Below, piece by piece: positions 35,429 to 48,133 of a DNA stretch of 64,000 bases. This DNA comes from Tubulanus polymorphus (taxonomy: Eukaryota; Animalia; Nemertea). Under the pieces are notes generated by a model that did no database searches, was not told the origin of the DNA, and saw nothing but the letters and a program-made list of their open reading frames with translations. The first letter of the stretch is position 1, and each line of letters starts with the position of its first letter. The position numbers were made by a program, and so were the translations under genes. The stretch spans positions 8,564,655 through 8,628,654 of the forward strand of contig NC_134033.1 in the NCBI RefSeq assembly GCF_964204645.1, read 5' to 3'.

Positions 35429-35788
35429 TTAACCATACGAGGTCGACTTAAGAATGAAGGCGTTCGCGTCATTCAGTGCTTCGATCATTTCGGGATATTC
35501 CGCTAATTTCAAAGCGTCCGATAAAACAAGCCATTTATAATCCTGGTGTTCATCTGAGAGTTGAACCTGGTCACGCGGTTGCTTCAACTCGGCCAGCCAG
35601 TAATTGACGCATTTCATTCGTCCATTCACAGCATATCGCAGTGTTTTCTGAAAGCCGTCGATTATTTGGTACTGATTGCGGGTCAGTCCGGCCTCTTCGT
35701 TGGTTTCGCGAATTGCTGTGGTGAGTTTGTCTTCGCCCGGGTCAACGTGGCCTTTAGGCGGAGTCCAGTGGTGTGTGCCGTATGACGT
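35429..35788 (-). CDS. NUDT2: NUDT2 last coding exon (Nudix box)
   Basis: HWTPPKGHVDPGE...RETNEEAG; acceptor AG at 35790-35789. Confidence 0.95.
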   Translation of the reverse strand, partial: TSYGTHHWTPPKGHVDPGEDKLTTAIRETNEEAGLTRNQYQIIDGFQKTLRYAVNGRMKCVNYWLAELKQPRDQVQLSDEHQDYKWLVLSDALKLAEYPEMIEALNDANAFILKSTSYG

Positions 35789-38700
35789 CTAAAATTCAAT
35801 CAATAATTTATGGTAGAACTTAACTCCAATCAGCATGAAAATTGTACTTCATGAACACTATATGATCTAGGGTGAAACACACTAGATAATAGGAATTTTA
35901 GGGGTCAATTATCCAAGCTGAGTGCATATCTATTGTGTCTGGTCAAAAATTAGACTGGTCTTATTAATGTTATGTGAATGCAGCTATTATGACTGACCAA
36001 AAAGAGCGAATCAGGTCTGTTCCATATTTTGGGGCGGACTAAATCTATGGAGAGAAACTTGTACCAGGTCCGGTCTAAATCGTACTCTGAGGTATGACAG
36101 GGTTCATAGTCTCCATGACCAGTCTCATTCCATGACTTTCAAGCACTTTTTGACCCCAATTCAATGACCCGATTCGTTGATCAAATTGACAATAATAGAT
36201 CACAATTTACTGACTTCGACTACTAAATGTATTATATCAAAATACTTGGAAATATATTTGATACAGAAATGTTAGCTTCTCCCATTTTACTGCAGTCAAC
36301 CTCGGTTAATCCGTCTCCGGTTAAACCGTATAAGTGCTTATTCCGGATAAATAAATTGGTCCCATTTTTCAGTAATGTTATTCCCTTTAAAATTCTGTGT
36401 CTAATTCGTACTCCATAATCCGTATTTTCACTCATTCCGTAGACAAATGCGCGGTCCCGTTGTCCAATTCATATGTAAATCCTCATGTGTAATCCGTATC
36501 AGCGGTATCAGATGGTGGGAACATACACTTGAAGTGAAAAAAAAGTGTAAACATCTGTAATCTAATGAGGTTAATGTGGTCAGTAGGAAATATGAGAAAC
36601 TCCAGAAAACACTGAAGTTAATCCATCAATGTCATAGTCTCAAGCTTCACTAAATATTCAGTGCAGATGCTATAATCTGTCAATCAGCAAAAGTCAACTA
36701 CAAGGCCTGTGAGTTATCTGTACTTATACACACGATGGCTTCAAATACTGAGTCCTACCCTACTGAAATCAGTTGGTTTGTGTTTCATCACACTAGGGGG
36801 TGTTTTCTTTTCATGTATAAATGATATCAAATGGATCAAATGAACTATCAGATACTATGAACTTTTTATTTCCCCCCACAGATCGTTAGAACGTGGTTCT
36901 ACTGTTGTAGTCGTCCACGGTTTGAGAGATAACTAAACCAGCTATTATACGGCTTGTGCACTTACGTAAATCATACGGCCGTCAATATACGGGTAATAGT
37001 TAATTCGTATAAATTATGAATTATCTGTTATCAGTATATCGCACTTAATCCGTACCAAAAAGCTCAGTCCCTAGTGATACCGTGGTTGACCGTAATACTT
37101 CGATGGCATATTTTAAAAATTCATTTCAATATGTTTCCATGCCTACATACCAAATTTTAAGTTGGTAGGCATGGAGACATTTTGTTAAACTTTCAAATCA
37201 TGGAGTCTCTTTTCTCTCATGAACCCCTTTCAAGAAAGACTTTTTGGATATCCTTCAATAGATTAAAGTGGATTAAAAAACGATGATTTAGGTCGACTGC
37301 CTGTCCTTTCTGGTCCTACTAAGACCTTTATCAGGTATGTTCTACCAAAAATGAGCGAGCTAGGCCACTCGGAATGCTCTCAAGTCAGGTTGAAATAGAC
37401 ATTAGTATGGAAGCCCTGAGACGACACCTTGGGTTCATGAGTTCCCCAGTTCATAACTTCCAGAGTTTATGATATTTCGAGTTTATTTGGGCATGTACAA
37501 CACTATGAAATTATGCGACATAAAGAATCCTATTATTAGGATGTTAAATCCGTTTACGTCATGAATTAACTACAAAAATGATGTCCCGCTTCAACCAAGA
37601 CTGGTTGACTGTGTATAATTCTGCACTGGCAGTCAAATGAAGTCGACCGGCAACCAGTCTATCATCAGCCATCAGCTTTCTTGATGGCTTATAGAAAATA
37701 ACATCCTCGCTTGCCAAGGGTCCGGTATCGCGCCTGAACTCGCTTCCACTAGCCCCCAGGCCTCACGACGCGCGATTTCATTACCGGCGCTTTTGCGCAT
37801 GACGTCATATATCAACACACGACAATACTTCCGCGTTCGCTACGTGTTCGCTGATTTGTCCATTTACCAGGAAATAGCACAGCGTTAGAGAGTTATTTTT
37901 AGCTACATCTGTAAGCTAAAGGTCATCTGACCTCGCTTACAAACCCGGAAGTCTAGCAAGCAATCATGCCAGTCACTGTAGAATGAAGTAAACCTTATCA
38001 CATATACTTACAAAATAAGGTATTTTTGGTACTTTATATAATGGGAAATGACAGAAATAAACATTGTTGTTATGGATTGTGTAATAACGATGTTCGTTAC
38101 CCAGACAGACCAGCGATGCAAGGAGTTTTTTTCATAAACTTTCCGAAACCGAAAACTCAACTTGACAAATGCAAGCGATGGATACAGTGCTGTGGTCGAC
38201 CTCATGATCAGTTCAATGTGACTAAGATTTCAAAAAACACGTTCATATGCAGCAAACATTTTGTTGGGGGACAGGGGCCAACTTCAGATCACCCTGATCC
38301 AATACCAGCAACAGCAACTACTGACCAGGTAAAGTACTCTTATTATTATGAAAATATAAGGACATAAACTAGGCCTCTATTGTTCTCATAAATGGCAAAT
38401 GATAAGTAGAAATTGTTAGCAATGAATTCTTAACATTTTAAACTAGGGGTCCAGGGACACCATGCCCACTTGGGAAGTGGTTCCAAATGCTCAACAATCT
38501 AACAATTTCAATATTCAACGCCCCCTGGTGACCATATACAGAATCCAATGACCTTGAAACTCACCACAATCATAGAACATGTCAGCAGCTACGATTTTGT
38601 AATTGATTGTGATAACAAAATATGCCTCGTTACCACTTTAATATGGAAATACTAAGTTATTCTACTATTCAACGCCCCCTGGTGACCATATTCAAAACCC

Positions 38701-41700
38701 AATGACCTTGAAACTCACCACAATCATAGAACATGTCACGAACTATAACTTAGTAATTGATCATGGTAACAAAATATGCCTAGGTACCAATATAATAAGG
38801 AAATACTAAGTTATTCTACTATTCAACGCCCCCTGGTGACCATATAGAATAACTAATGGCCTTAAAACTTGCCACAATCATAGATGATGTCATGAGCTAC
38901 AACTTTGCAATTGATTGTGGTTACAAAATATGCATTGATACGATTATAATATAGAAATACTAAGATATTGCATTATTCAACGCCCCCTGGTGGCCGTATA
39001 CAAAAACCAATGACCTTAAAACTCACCATAATCATAGAACACGTTATGAGCTACAACTTCCTAAATGATTGTGGTAACAAAATACACTTAGGTATCAATA
39101 TAATGTGGAAAAACTTTTTCCCACTTACGAATGAGTACTGCTGACACCAAGATGGCCGCCAATTGCGTCATAATTGGCTGATGAAAAATACCTGTCTCAG
39201 GTATAAAACATCCCTTTCCAAAGAATACCCATCACAAATTGCAATGAGAAATGATAAACCAGTAGGAAGCTACAGGACTCAGAATTTGGGCCAAAATTAA
39301 CATTTTTGGGCACTAAAAAGGTCATAAGACGGCCATCTTGAGTCCGATCGACCCAATTTTTGTTATGCTGATGGGCCCTGGGGGAATTCACATATATCCG
39401 AAAGATCAAGGTAATTGATCAAAGCTTCTTCAAAATTTCCCTCAAAAAGTTCAAAAATGTGTAAAAAGTGCTGATTTTGGCGAACAACAATGGCTGCCAG
39501 TCGGCCATCTTGAATCTGACAGGGCCAGTTTTTGGGCTGAAGATGTGTCTAGGGTAAATACATGTGTAACCCAAATATCAAGACATTACCTCGAAGCATC
39601 TTCAAAACTTCCCAAAATAACTGGATTCCGTCTACAGACGGACGGACGGACGAAAAGTGAACTCAATAGCCCGCTGGGACTAAAGTCCCAAGCGGGCTAA
39701 AAAAATAATAATTAACTTCTGATTATCATATTATTATCTAAAGTGGAAAAATTCTGTCGCAAACGTCGCAAGGCCCCTACACCTCTTGGACCAAGTACTC
39801 CGACGAGTAAAAGGAAACAACTAAATGATGAACCAGATGCTGCTTCAAGTCCCCTAGATTTGAGTTCTATTATAACTACCCAATCTGAAATTAATGACGC
39901 TGAAGTTTCAGCCTAAGAGTTTTTTGATTCATCGGTAAATTTCTAATATAGGGCCTATCCTATTTACCTGTAACTTCATATGCATGACTGATTTTAATGG
40001 GCAAAAACTTTCTGAATTCCAGATTAAGACTGTGGGTGCGCAGACAGATCCTGTTTCATGCAGACCTTGCGTTGAAAGGAATGAAATTGGAGTTCAGACT
40101 ATTTATTCAAAATATGAACTGCAATGAAAAATTAGCACTATGGTTATGAAAAATAACCTCGATATTTCTCAACCATCAAATTTATTTGTTGAGAATAATC
40201 AACCATCGTTGAGTCTTCAAAAACTGAAAGAAGACGACAAGAAAATGAAATATTTTACTGGGCTGACATATCTTCAATTTGATGCTCTTTTCAACTTCCT
40301 TGGACCAAGCATCAATAATCTCAGATACATGGAATCGCTCTTACAAATGTGACAAAAGTCTGATGACTTCGATGCGCAGGACAAGACTTTCAGTTACTTT
40401 GATAATTTGAATTGAAGCCATTTTTTAGTAATTAAATCGATTGTTCGTATGTGTACACTATAGAAATACTATGTCTTGCAGTGAAAGTTTGCCAGACATC
40501 AAGGAACTGCCACACACGTGTGTACTTTAGCACTGGGTAGTGACGTAGCTCTAACGCTAATGTCTAATGTCGTTTGTAACAAGCGCTGTGATTCTGATTG
40601 GCCCGACCTGAATCTGGTCGGCTAGTAACGACTCCAACGACTCGTGAGGTCAAGGGGTTCGGAAACAGCTTTAGCGTAGTGGGTTCGAATCCAGGTGAAG
40701 ATGAGAAAATAAATAGATGTTTAAAAATTTCTAATAACGAGCGTTTGTTATCTTTTTCATCATTAAAACCCGAGCAGATACATCGAGAGTCACAGGTTAT
40801 TCGGAGTCACCCTTCTCTCTAGTTAGTTACCTAATCGTTGGTGGTAAGCTTTTTATAATCGGATGGGCTTATACCAACGTTAGGGATGACAAGGACCAAA
40901 ACACGGTTGAAAAAAGTAACACTTCAAAAATATACTTTCTATCCACTTCAGTCCACAATTAATGGCTTAATTCACAAACTAACACGGGTACCTTTCGAAA
41001 TAATCCAATTCTATGTATGTTTCGAGTGATTAATCAACATTATTTTGAGAAATTAATTAATTTCCTTACAAATTTCGCCATTGGCCGCCATTTCTCTGTA
41101 TTGCACATGTGGCATGATAAGACAAGGGGACCTACAAGGATTTAGATAAAACTTTCAAGACGAAACGACAATTTTTATTTTTGATGGTTTTCCAACGTAT
41201 ATTTCAAATCTTCGTGTTTTCCATTATAAATAATGAAATAATAAATTCTGGTAAAAGAAAAATGTGAATAAGTGTTGATTTCTTAATATTTTTCAATTTC
41301 GTCGTTTCGCTTCGTTAGTTTGTGCTGTTGTCCTGGCCTCAGTCCACAGGTGCCAGCACCTCCAGTAATTTTCAAAATGGCAGCTGTTGACTCTACGGAA
41401 ATTTACTCTCACTTTACGGCCGATTTGCACATGGATTAAGATCGTCAGGTGAGGTGTTATAGGTATCAGACAAACTACGAATCTGTTGTGTGTCGATTAC
41501 AACAAAAATTTGACGGATATCTTAAGAGACAATGAAATGCCAGGCAAATTACTCGTCAGTCAAATTGGCTGACGAAGATTTCATACAAAAATGACCTTCC
41601 CATTCCTGACTGTGGTTTGTGAAAATATCCGATCGTGAAACTAAACCACAGACAGGTTACTGACTACCTTCTCTCTAGCCTGTGGCTGTGCACAGAAAAT

Positions 41701-41956
41701 CGGAGCCACCCGAAATACCTACCAGAGGAGGAACGGAGGCACCCTTCAACATACCATTAATCGCTGGTTATTCAGTGTCGTCTCAGGGTTTCCATACATT
41801 TAGTCCACGACGACCAATTAATTGGAATTCAATTCAATTTGGTGGAGACCAGCTTGTTGTTAGATTTACCTGTAAGAGTAGATACTCTATTTCACAACTC
41901 AATCTTCTGAATATTATAAACCCTGCTGCCGCCAGTTCCAAGCCCAAGCCTGACAT
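35429..41956 (-). CDS. NUDT2: bis(5'-nucleosyl)-tetraphosphatase, asymmetrical (Ap4A hydrolase), 148 aa; coding exons 41956-41870 and 35788-35429
   Basis: Exon 1 MSGLGLELAAAGFIIFRRLSCEIEYLLLQ|gt. Exon 2 ag|TSYGTHHWTPPKGHVDPGEDKLTTAIRETNEEAGL (Nudix box), then V.YWLAE and LSDEHQDYKW. Phase-0 junction. Confidence 0.95.
36293..37092. mobile_element. pogo/Tigger-like MITE in the NUDT2 intron
   Basis: CAGTCAACCTCGG / CCGTGGTTGACCG-TA. Confidence 0.65.
38041..40352 (+). pseudogene. truncated THAP-domain transposase gene (ISL2EU/Kolobok/Harbinger-related) in the NUDT2 intron
   Basis: Exon 38041-38328 THAP (CCYGLC..FPKPK..W..C.R..ICSKHF) with donor GTAAAG. Later pieces KRRKAPTP and KMKYFTGLTY.QF..LFNFLGP; stop codon at ~39914; no DDE domain follows. 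Confidence 0.75.
38441..39702 (-). mobile_element. HINE-like family B full copy (4 internal units) in the intron of the THAP gene
   Basis: Reverse complement of the 18984-19932 core with both ends. Confidence 0.85.
40560..40705 (+). repeat. dispersed repeat with Pol III B-box-like GGGTTCGAATCC; second copy inverted at 47905-48052
   Basis: ~140 bp shared by direct comparison of the two copies. Confidence 0.7.
41870..41956 (-). CDS. NUDT2: NUDT2 first coding exon
   Basis: ATG at 41956; GFIIFRR..IEYLLLQ; donor GTAAAT. Confidence 0.92.
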
Positions 41957-42493
41957 TTTCTTACTTGTATGTTTCACCTATGCAATGCAATAACTCGATA
42001 AGAAAAAAATTGGAACCCGATTTTAAGCTACCCAACGACCTTGAGTCGGTGAGGGTACTTCGAATGTAGGAAACTACGAAATTACGAAATATGAAACGAA
42101 ATTACGAAATGCTTAACAACGTAACGAAATGACTATTCTTTCGCGGCTCCTGCTAAAGTATGAAAGTGAAATACGAAACGAAATGGTAATTTTTTCGCTT
42201 CAGTAGCGGACTTATCTGGACTGCACAACTCTGATGCGATTAAGACCCATTTGAGGTATGCACGCCCAAAATTAAGCGAAGTATCCCAAAAAGATCGTGG
42301 ACAATCAAAAATAAATAGAATAGACTGGTTGCCGGTCTCTACCTTCAGTGGGGCTCGCCGCGCTGAGCGCTGCCGCGAGATGGCGCGCGCGTGTTAGTGG
42401 CCCTAGTGATTTGAATTTGAATTGTAAACAACATTTTATTCATCTCCGCGTTCGAGCGAATTGACGATTTGAAAAGCGCTTGAATCTATTATA

Positions 42494-44196
42494 ATGCCTC
42501 GCTATTGTTGTGTACCCCTTTGTAAGTCAAGAGTAGGCGGATTTAAGTTCCCTACGAACACAGATTTGAAAATGAAATGGCTTGTTGCGATAAAACGACT
42601 ACAGAGTAGCGAGAAATCTGCAAAATTATGGCAGCCATCGGATACAGCTATCGTATGCCATCGACATTTTTTACCAACGGACTATAAACAGACACTTACC
42701 GGTAAATATGGCTTTCCTATTGAGTTTTCCAACTAAGGTGAAATAAGCGGTCAAGATCCAAGGCAGGCTGATTCGTTTAGGCCTCAGCTTGGGCCTATCG
42801 ATATTATGCAATGTCGATGTTTTGAACTTTTTTTAAAAAGCCAGGCGCTTATTTTCATATCATCATAGTAGTTTGTTGATAACAGGATAATGATATAACT
42901 CAATTATGATAATAACAACAATAGGCCTAATAATTTATGTGGTAGATTTATCTTTTTAATTTAAAGGTTGTTGACTTGACTGGCAGCTGTTGATCTTTGA
43001 GTAGAAATATGTTTTTTTCTTTATGTGTTTCAGGTTCTAGAAGAAAATTAAAAGAGAATGCCATTCCGCGTATATTTGCCTTCACACCACCAGTTTCCTC
43101 AGATTCAGAGAGAGAAAGTAGAGCCAGTCGGCGAAGATTAAAACTGGAGGAAGAACCTGTACACCATGACATAGCCACTGAAGTTGAAATAGGCCTACAA
43201 CATACCAGCAATTACAGAATGGACATAATAGAGGAACCAACCAATAAAAACACTAACTTGGATAAGAATATTCAGTGTTCCCTCCTTTCAGATCAATTTT
43301 TCTGTATCGAGAGATTTATGGTGGATCCTAGGTCGATCAAATATTACACCAGTTTTAAAGACTATGAACATTTGATGATGTTTTTCAGTGTACTAGGACC
43401 TGCTGCGTACGATTTGAATTACAAATGTCAGAAACTAACACCGGTCAATCAATTTTTCTTGACATTAATCAAATTAAGGCGTGCCAAGGAAGATATAGAA
43501 CTGAGTATTCTGTTCGGCATATCAGAGAGTGTAGTTTCTAGGATTGTGTTAACCTGGGTAAACTTCATGTATTTCCAATTAAGTGAAATCAATACATGGC
43601 CAGAGAGAGAAGAGATAGACTGTTTCATGCCCAGTGGCTTTAAGCATCATTTTCCGTCAACCAGAGTTATTTTAGATGCTACAGAGATTCCAATTGAAAA
43701 GCCGTCGAATGTAAAATCTCAAACTGCAACTTTCAGCACATACAAACATAAGAACACGCTTAAAACTATGGTTGGAATATCACCGAGAGGGGTCGTTAGT
43801 TATGTAAGTGAAAGTTATGCGGGTTCAACAAGTGACCGACAAATCATTGAACGATCCCAGCTGTGTTCAAACACCTCAAAATACTTCAGCTCGAATGACA
43901 GCATCATGGCCGATAGAGGTATAATGGTACAAGATCTTTTTGCTACCAAGAACATTAAGGTGAACACCCCAACTTTATTGAAGGGCAAGAGTCAACTTGA
44001 ACCTGAACAAGTAGTTCATGATCGTAGAGTAGCCAGTAAACGCATCCAAGTAGAAAGAGTAATCGGATTGTCAAAAACTTTTCTTATTTTGAAAAAAGAC
44101 CTGCCGCTTAGTAAAGTCAATATGGGTTCTAGGATAGTTTATGTTTGTTTCAGTATAAGCAATTTCAGACCAGCTATTGTGAACGAATTTGCTTAA
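42494..44196 (+). CDS. THAP-HTH-DDE_Tnp_4 transposase, 456 aa (exons 42494-42701, 43034-44196)
   Basis: THAP CCVPLC...CHRHF...ENAIPRIF split by a phase-1 intron; catalytic ILDATE, MADRG, RIQVERVIG. Confidence 0.9.
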
Positions 44197-44989
44197 CCTT
44201 ATTGTTAATGTCTGTTAATTGATATCTAAAGTATATATTTTTGAGTTTTGTTTTGAGATTCATCGAAACCCCTGCTTTAAAGAAACATCATTGTTTCTCT
44301 TAATAGATTATTTAGGTAAATCCCAAATTCTTAGATATCAATTATGGGCCTGGACTGTAATTAATTGTCTGTCGTTGATATTCAAAATCTGTGCGCAATA
44401 TAACCTATTTCACTTTGACTTAATCCACTCTTTTGCAGTGTTTTCAATTCAAAGGACAAACTAATTTTCATTCCAGTAACAAACCCTTTTATTGATTTAA
44501 AACTGGTAAAAACCAAAAATACAACAACGCTACATAAAATCTTTTTAAAATGCATGATAACACAGATATTTTATGTAAAATGGAAGAGTTTGAGTTTTGG
44601 GACTAAAGCATTCATGCCATAGTCAGGCGCAGCACATAATGAAATAATAAATAATCATGGTAATGAAATATGGTCAGAAAAGGAGTAAATCATTAATTTT
44701 CAAACTTTTGACCCACCATCGTCAGTAATTATGCATATAACTACACAACCTGACAAGTATATCTGTTTGAAATAACTATATATGATAAAAAATATTGATA
44801 ATAGATGATAAAAAATATTAAAACTTAAAAGTATCAACAAATAGTAAGCCGATATTGACATGAAATCTATATCATACAATTGGGATGTACATGTATTTAC
44901 AAATTTAGTTGTATGAAGATATTAATGCCAAAAACTATGGAATCTTCGGAAAATATCCGATCTATATCTCCAGGAATAATCTAGATGTT

Positions 44990-47787
44990 TTAGAACGCAT
45001 GCATTGTTAAATACTTTGAATAGTACTTCCTATAAAAGATTTCTAATTTTGGAAGCAGAGATAGTTCACAGTGTTTTTGATCATGATAAACCCTCTCTAC
45101 ATAAAGGTCCTTATGAGTATAAACAACGAAATAGCACATTTTCCGTTTGCAAATATGCAACTGTCCTTGAATCTGATCATAGTAATTATGCGAACGTTTC
45201 AGCTTCTTATCTTTTGCACTAAGAAACTTGAAGTATGGCCCCGGAGCAATAAGTTCATTTCTACCGCGATACGGACATTTCACTTCAACAATGGCATCCT
45301 CAGACACAAGGCCATCTGGGCTCGCGCCTAGATAATCTATATCTGGCCTCACATGAAGTCCGCAAGGCTGTACTTTAACGGAGAATTTACCTTCAAAAGC
45401 CGCTATCGCCTTACTTTCGAATGTCTTTCCATGGCAAACAGCAGCATTTCTCAACGGAATATTATCGTGAAGAGATTTACACAATTTGTCGATATTGCGC
45501 CTTTTCGTGAGCGAAACAATTTCACCGAAACGAGATGCAGTTAATCGTAGCTGCCTTTCCTGAAACCATTGACTAGATTCTGCCTGCTTCCTAGTACTCC
45601 TTTCTAGTAATATTGCCTGTGTTTCATTTAACTGAAAAGGCAAAATGGAATATTAATTATAAGCACAGAGGGAAGGATAACATAGGTCACTCTCAGACAC
45701 GTTGATTAAAAACTTACCTTAATAGAGTTTTCCACCCAATATTCAAGCAAAGTTTTTTTCAGATAATCATGGTCAATTGCTGCTGTTTTGATATCGGCTT
45801 TCTTGTACTTATACTTGATGGGTAGGTCTAAAGACGATACAGAGCAGTAATTAAGGACAATTCCCCGGACATAATCCTCGTATCCAGCTGATTTCCGGTA
45901 TTTCACAGGCCTTGGATCCTCCATTGATACCTCGCGTTTCTTTGATTTTGATAGAGGTAAGTCACCAGCCTTGACAGGGGAACCTGTTAAGAAGTGACGG
46001 GTAAATTTAAACAAGGTCACAGCCGAGCTAAAAATTGAAAACCAAGTACATTATGTAAAACATTGCCATTACATCAGAATTTATAAAAAATAAGATATAT
46101 AGGGTACGAATTTGCTGAATGGTGGCGATGTAACCAAACAACTTACCAGTATAAACAGACTTGGGCTTATGGAATGTTTGTAGATTTTCCGTACACGATT
46201 TAAGTATTTCGGGAGCGTTAGGCCCATCTGATGACACAAAATTAGCAAACATCAAAAGTACAGCCGCGACATGCTTACAGGTCCCATTAGGACCCTTACC
46301 GGCAGGGCACTCACAATGGCTGTTTCTGAATTCACCAGTTGTTTGAGACAATGATATCTGGTACGAGTATGAGATCTGCAATGAAATATAAAAATAAACT
46401 AATCAACAATGTTTGCTACATTACAACCTTTTAAGAATACAGTTGTATTGCAGATTTATGTGGATTTAAAGGAGGGAATATTGTGTTATTTTGATGAAAT
46501 ATAAAACTGGCCTACCTTTTTTTTCATAGCAGCACCAACTAATCCAGTCAGATAAACAATTCCGCTTTTGATGAGAATACTGCAGGCTTGAACACGTTGC
46601 GATTCTATGAGCTGCTGACCCTTCTCAATAGCTTTAATGTCTTTGGTACAGTGGTTGTCCATTGCCATTCTATACGTGAAATATGCAGTTACTGTGTCAA
46701 TATTGAATTTTGGCAATACAATCTTATGATCATTTGTAAGCTGTTTGAAACCGCATGTGGGCCATTCCGGAACTGTTTCTTGTGGTAATGTTATGGCCGG
46801 TCCCCTAAAATCGTTGTTACGGCCGTATGCTTCTAATCTGCAATGAACACGAAATAATCATGAAATATAAACATCTAATGTCAAAAATCATTCAATCAAC
46901 TAACAGAAAGTTGACCCAGAGTTGAAATGTTACATCGAAATGATTACTCCAAGCATGGACGTCTATACGTCCATGGTCATACAGATTTGTATTTAACTCA
47001 ACTGTGTTGTGGTAAGAAGGTATATAAGTAAGGTATTCAGTTTACCGTCACCTCAAGTTGATCAGGGTTCTGACTATAATTCCAATAACATATAAAAATT
47101 CAATAGAGACTAGACACAGCAGCAGACATGTCCAATGATTTATGGATACATTGGCAGTAAAATTTGGCATCAGCTTCAATTCATGTTCGATAGATGGCGC
47201 CAGTGGTAACTCAGCTGTTGCGATGGTTAGCTGACAAGGCGTCCTACATCCCGATAATAATCCCTACATTTCAAGATATAAACATTGCCATCTAAACTTC
47301 TCAAGGCAATCATAATATCAAATAGTGATTTAAAAAACGTTTTATCGATGACTTTTATGTGCATTATGTTTATTTTCCGGACATGAAAACCGAAAAATAA
47401 TGAAAGATATCGCGGGACGGGACGCGTGGGACCGGCCATAGCCATCCTCGCAGCCCGGGCTGGTGACGGTAAACTTGTACTATACCCTGACCCACAACCC
47501 ACTGAGGTTTAGCTTTCATCTCTGGATCTATTAAAACACGTTCATTTCACTTGAGCATAGGTCTAGAATCATCGATGATTTTGGCAAAAAATCACTGTTG
47601 ATTCCATGATCATTGCAACATTTTTGCGCAGACTAAACGACTGAACACCATCAACCGCATGGAAATATGATCGACATTTAAATTACCTTTCAATTAGGTT
47701 GATTTTCCTCCCATAGGTTACCGCACCTCGTCGGCTTAACTCTTGTTTCAGCTTCGGTACAGTCCATGACCCGTAATTCTCTGACAT
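44990..47787 (-). CDS. SAP-SWIM-YqaJ (lambda exonuclease-like) protein, 519 aa (exons 47787-47687, 46837-46516, 46375-46147, 45983-45718, 45631-44990)
   Basis: SAP-like WTVPKLKQELSRRG...GRKINLIERL; SWIM CECPAG...CKHVAA; YqaJ W...R..RLTASRF, GASPDG, EVKCP, YYDQIQGQL; all junctions GT-AG and in phase. Confidence 0.88.
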
Positions 47788-48133
47788 TATTACAATTTAA
47801 AAGTAGGAAATCGAGCGCGGAAGTGAGCGGAAGTCGATACGCGATGGCTACTAACGCACACACGCCACCTGGTGTCCATAGCGACGGCGAGCCCCGTTAG
47901 AGACATCTTCACCCTACCCGTCAAGGGATTCGAACCCACTACGCTAAAGCTGTTCCCCGAACCCCTTGACCTCACGAGTCATTGGAGTCGTTACTAGCCG
48001 ACCAGAATCCGGTCGTACCAATCACAGCGCTTGTAACAAACCGACAGTAGACTTCTGTTGGTTTTCCCGTTAAATGGACCAATCAGCGAACGTTTTACCG
48101 AACAAGGAAGTATTTTGCAAATCGATACATGAC

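Larger units (their letters stand above)
42350..47895. mobile_element. ISL2EU-type (PIF/Harbinger-ISL2EU-Spy group) DNA transposon, 5546 bp, apparently intact
   Basis: TIRs GGGGCTCGCCG / CGGCGAGCCCC; GT on both flanks; two convergent uninterrupted spliced genes. Confidence 0.88.

Noticed and set aside
40660-40700. tRNA gene (also 28640-28690)
   Set aside because: B-box only; no cloverleaf can be built.
44990-45643. YqaJ ORF as phage DNA or contamination
   Set aside because: It is the last exon of a spliced gene inside a TIR transposon.
46954-46975. CATGGACGTCTATACGTCCATG palindrome as a P-element footprint
   Set aside because: Short, and no flanking TSD.
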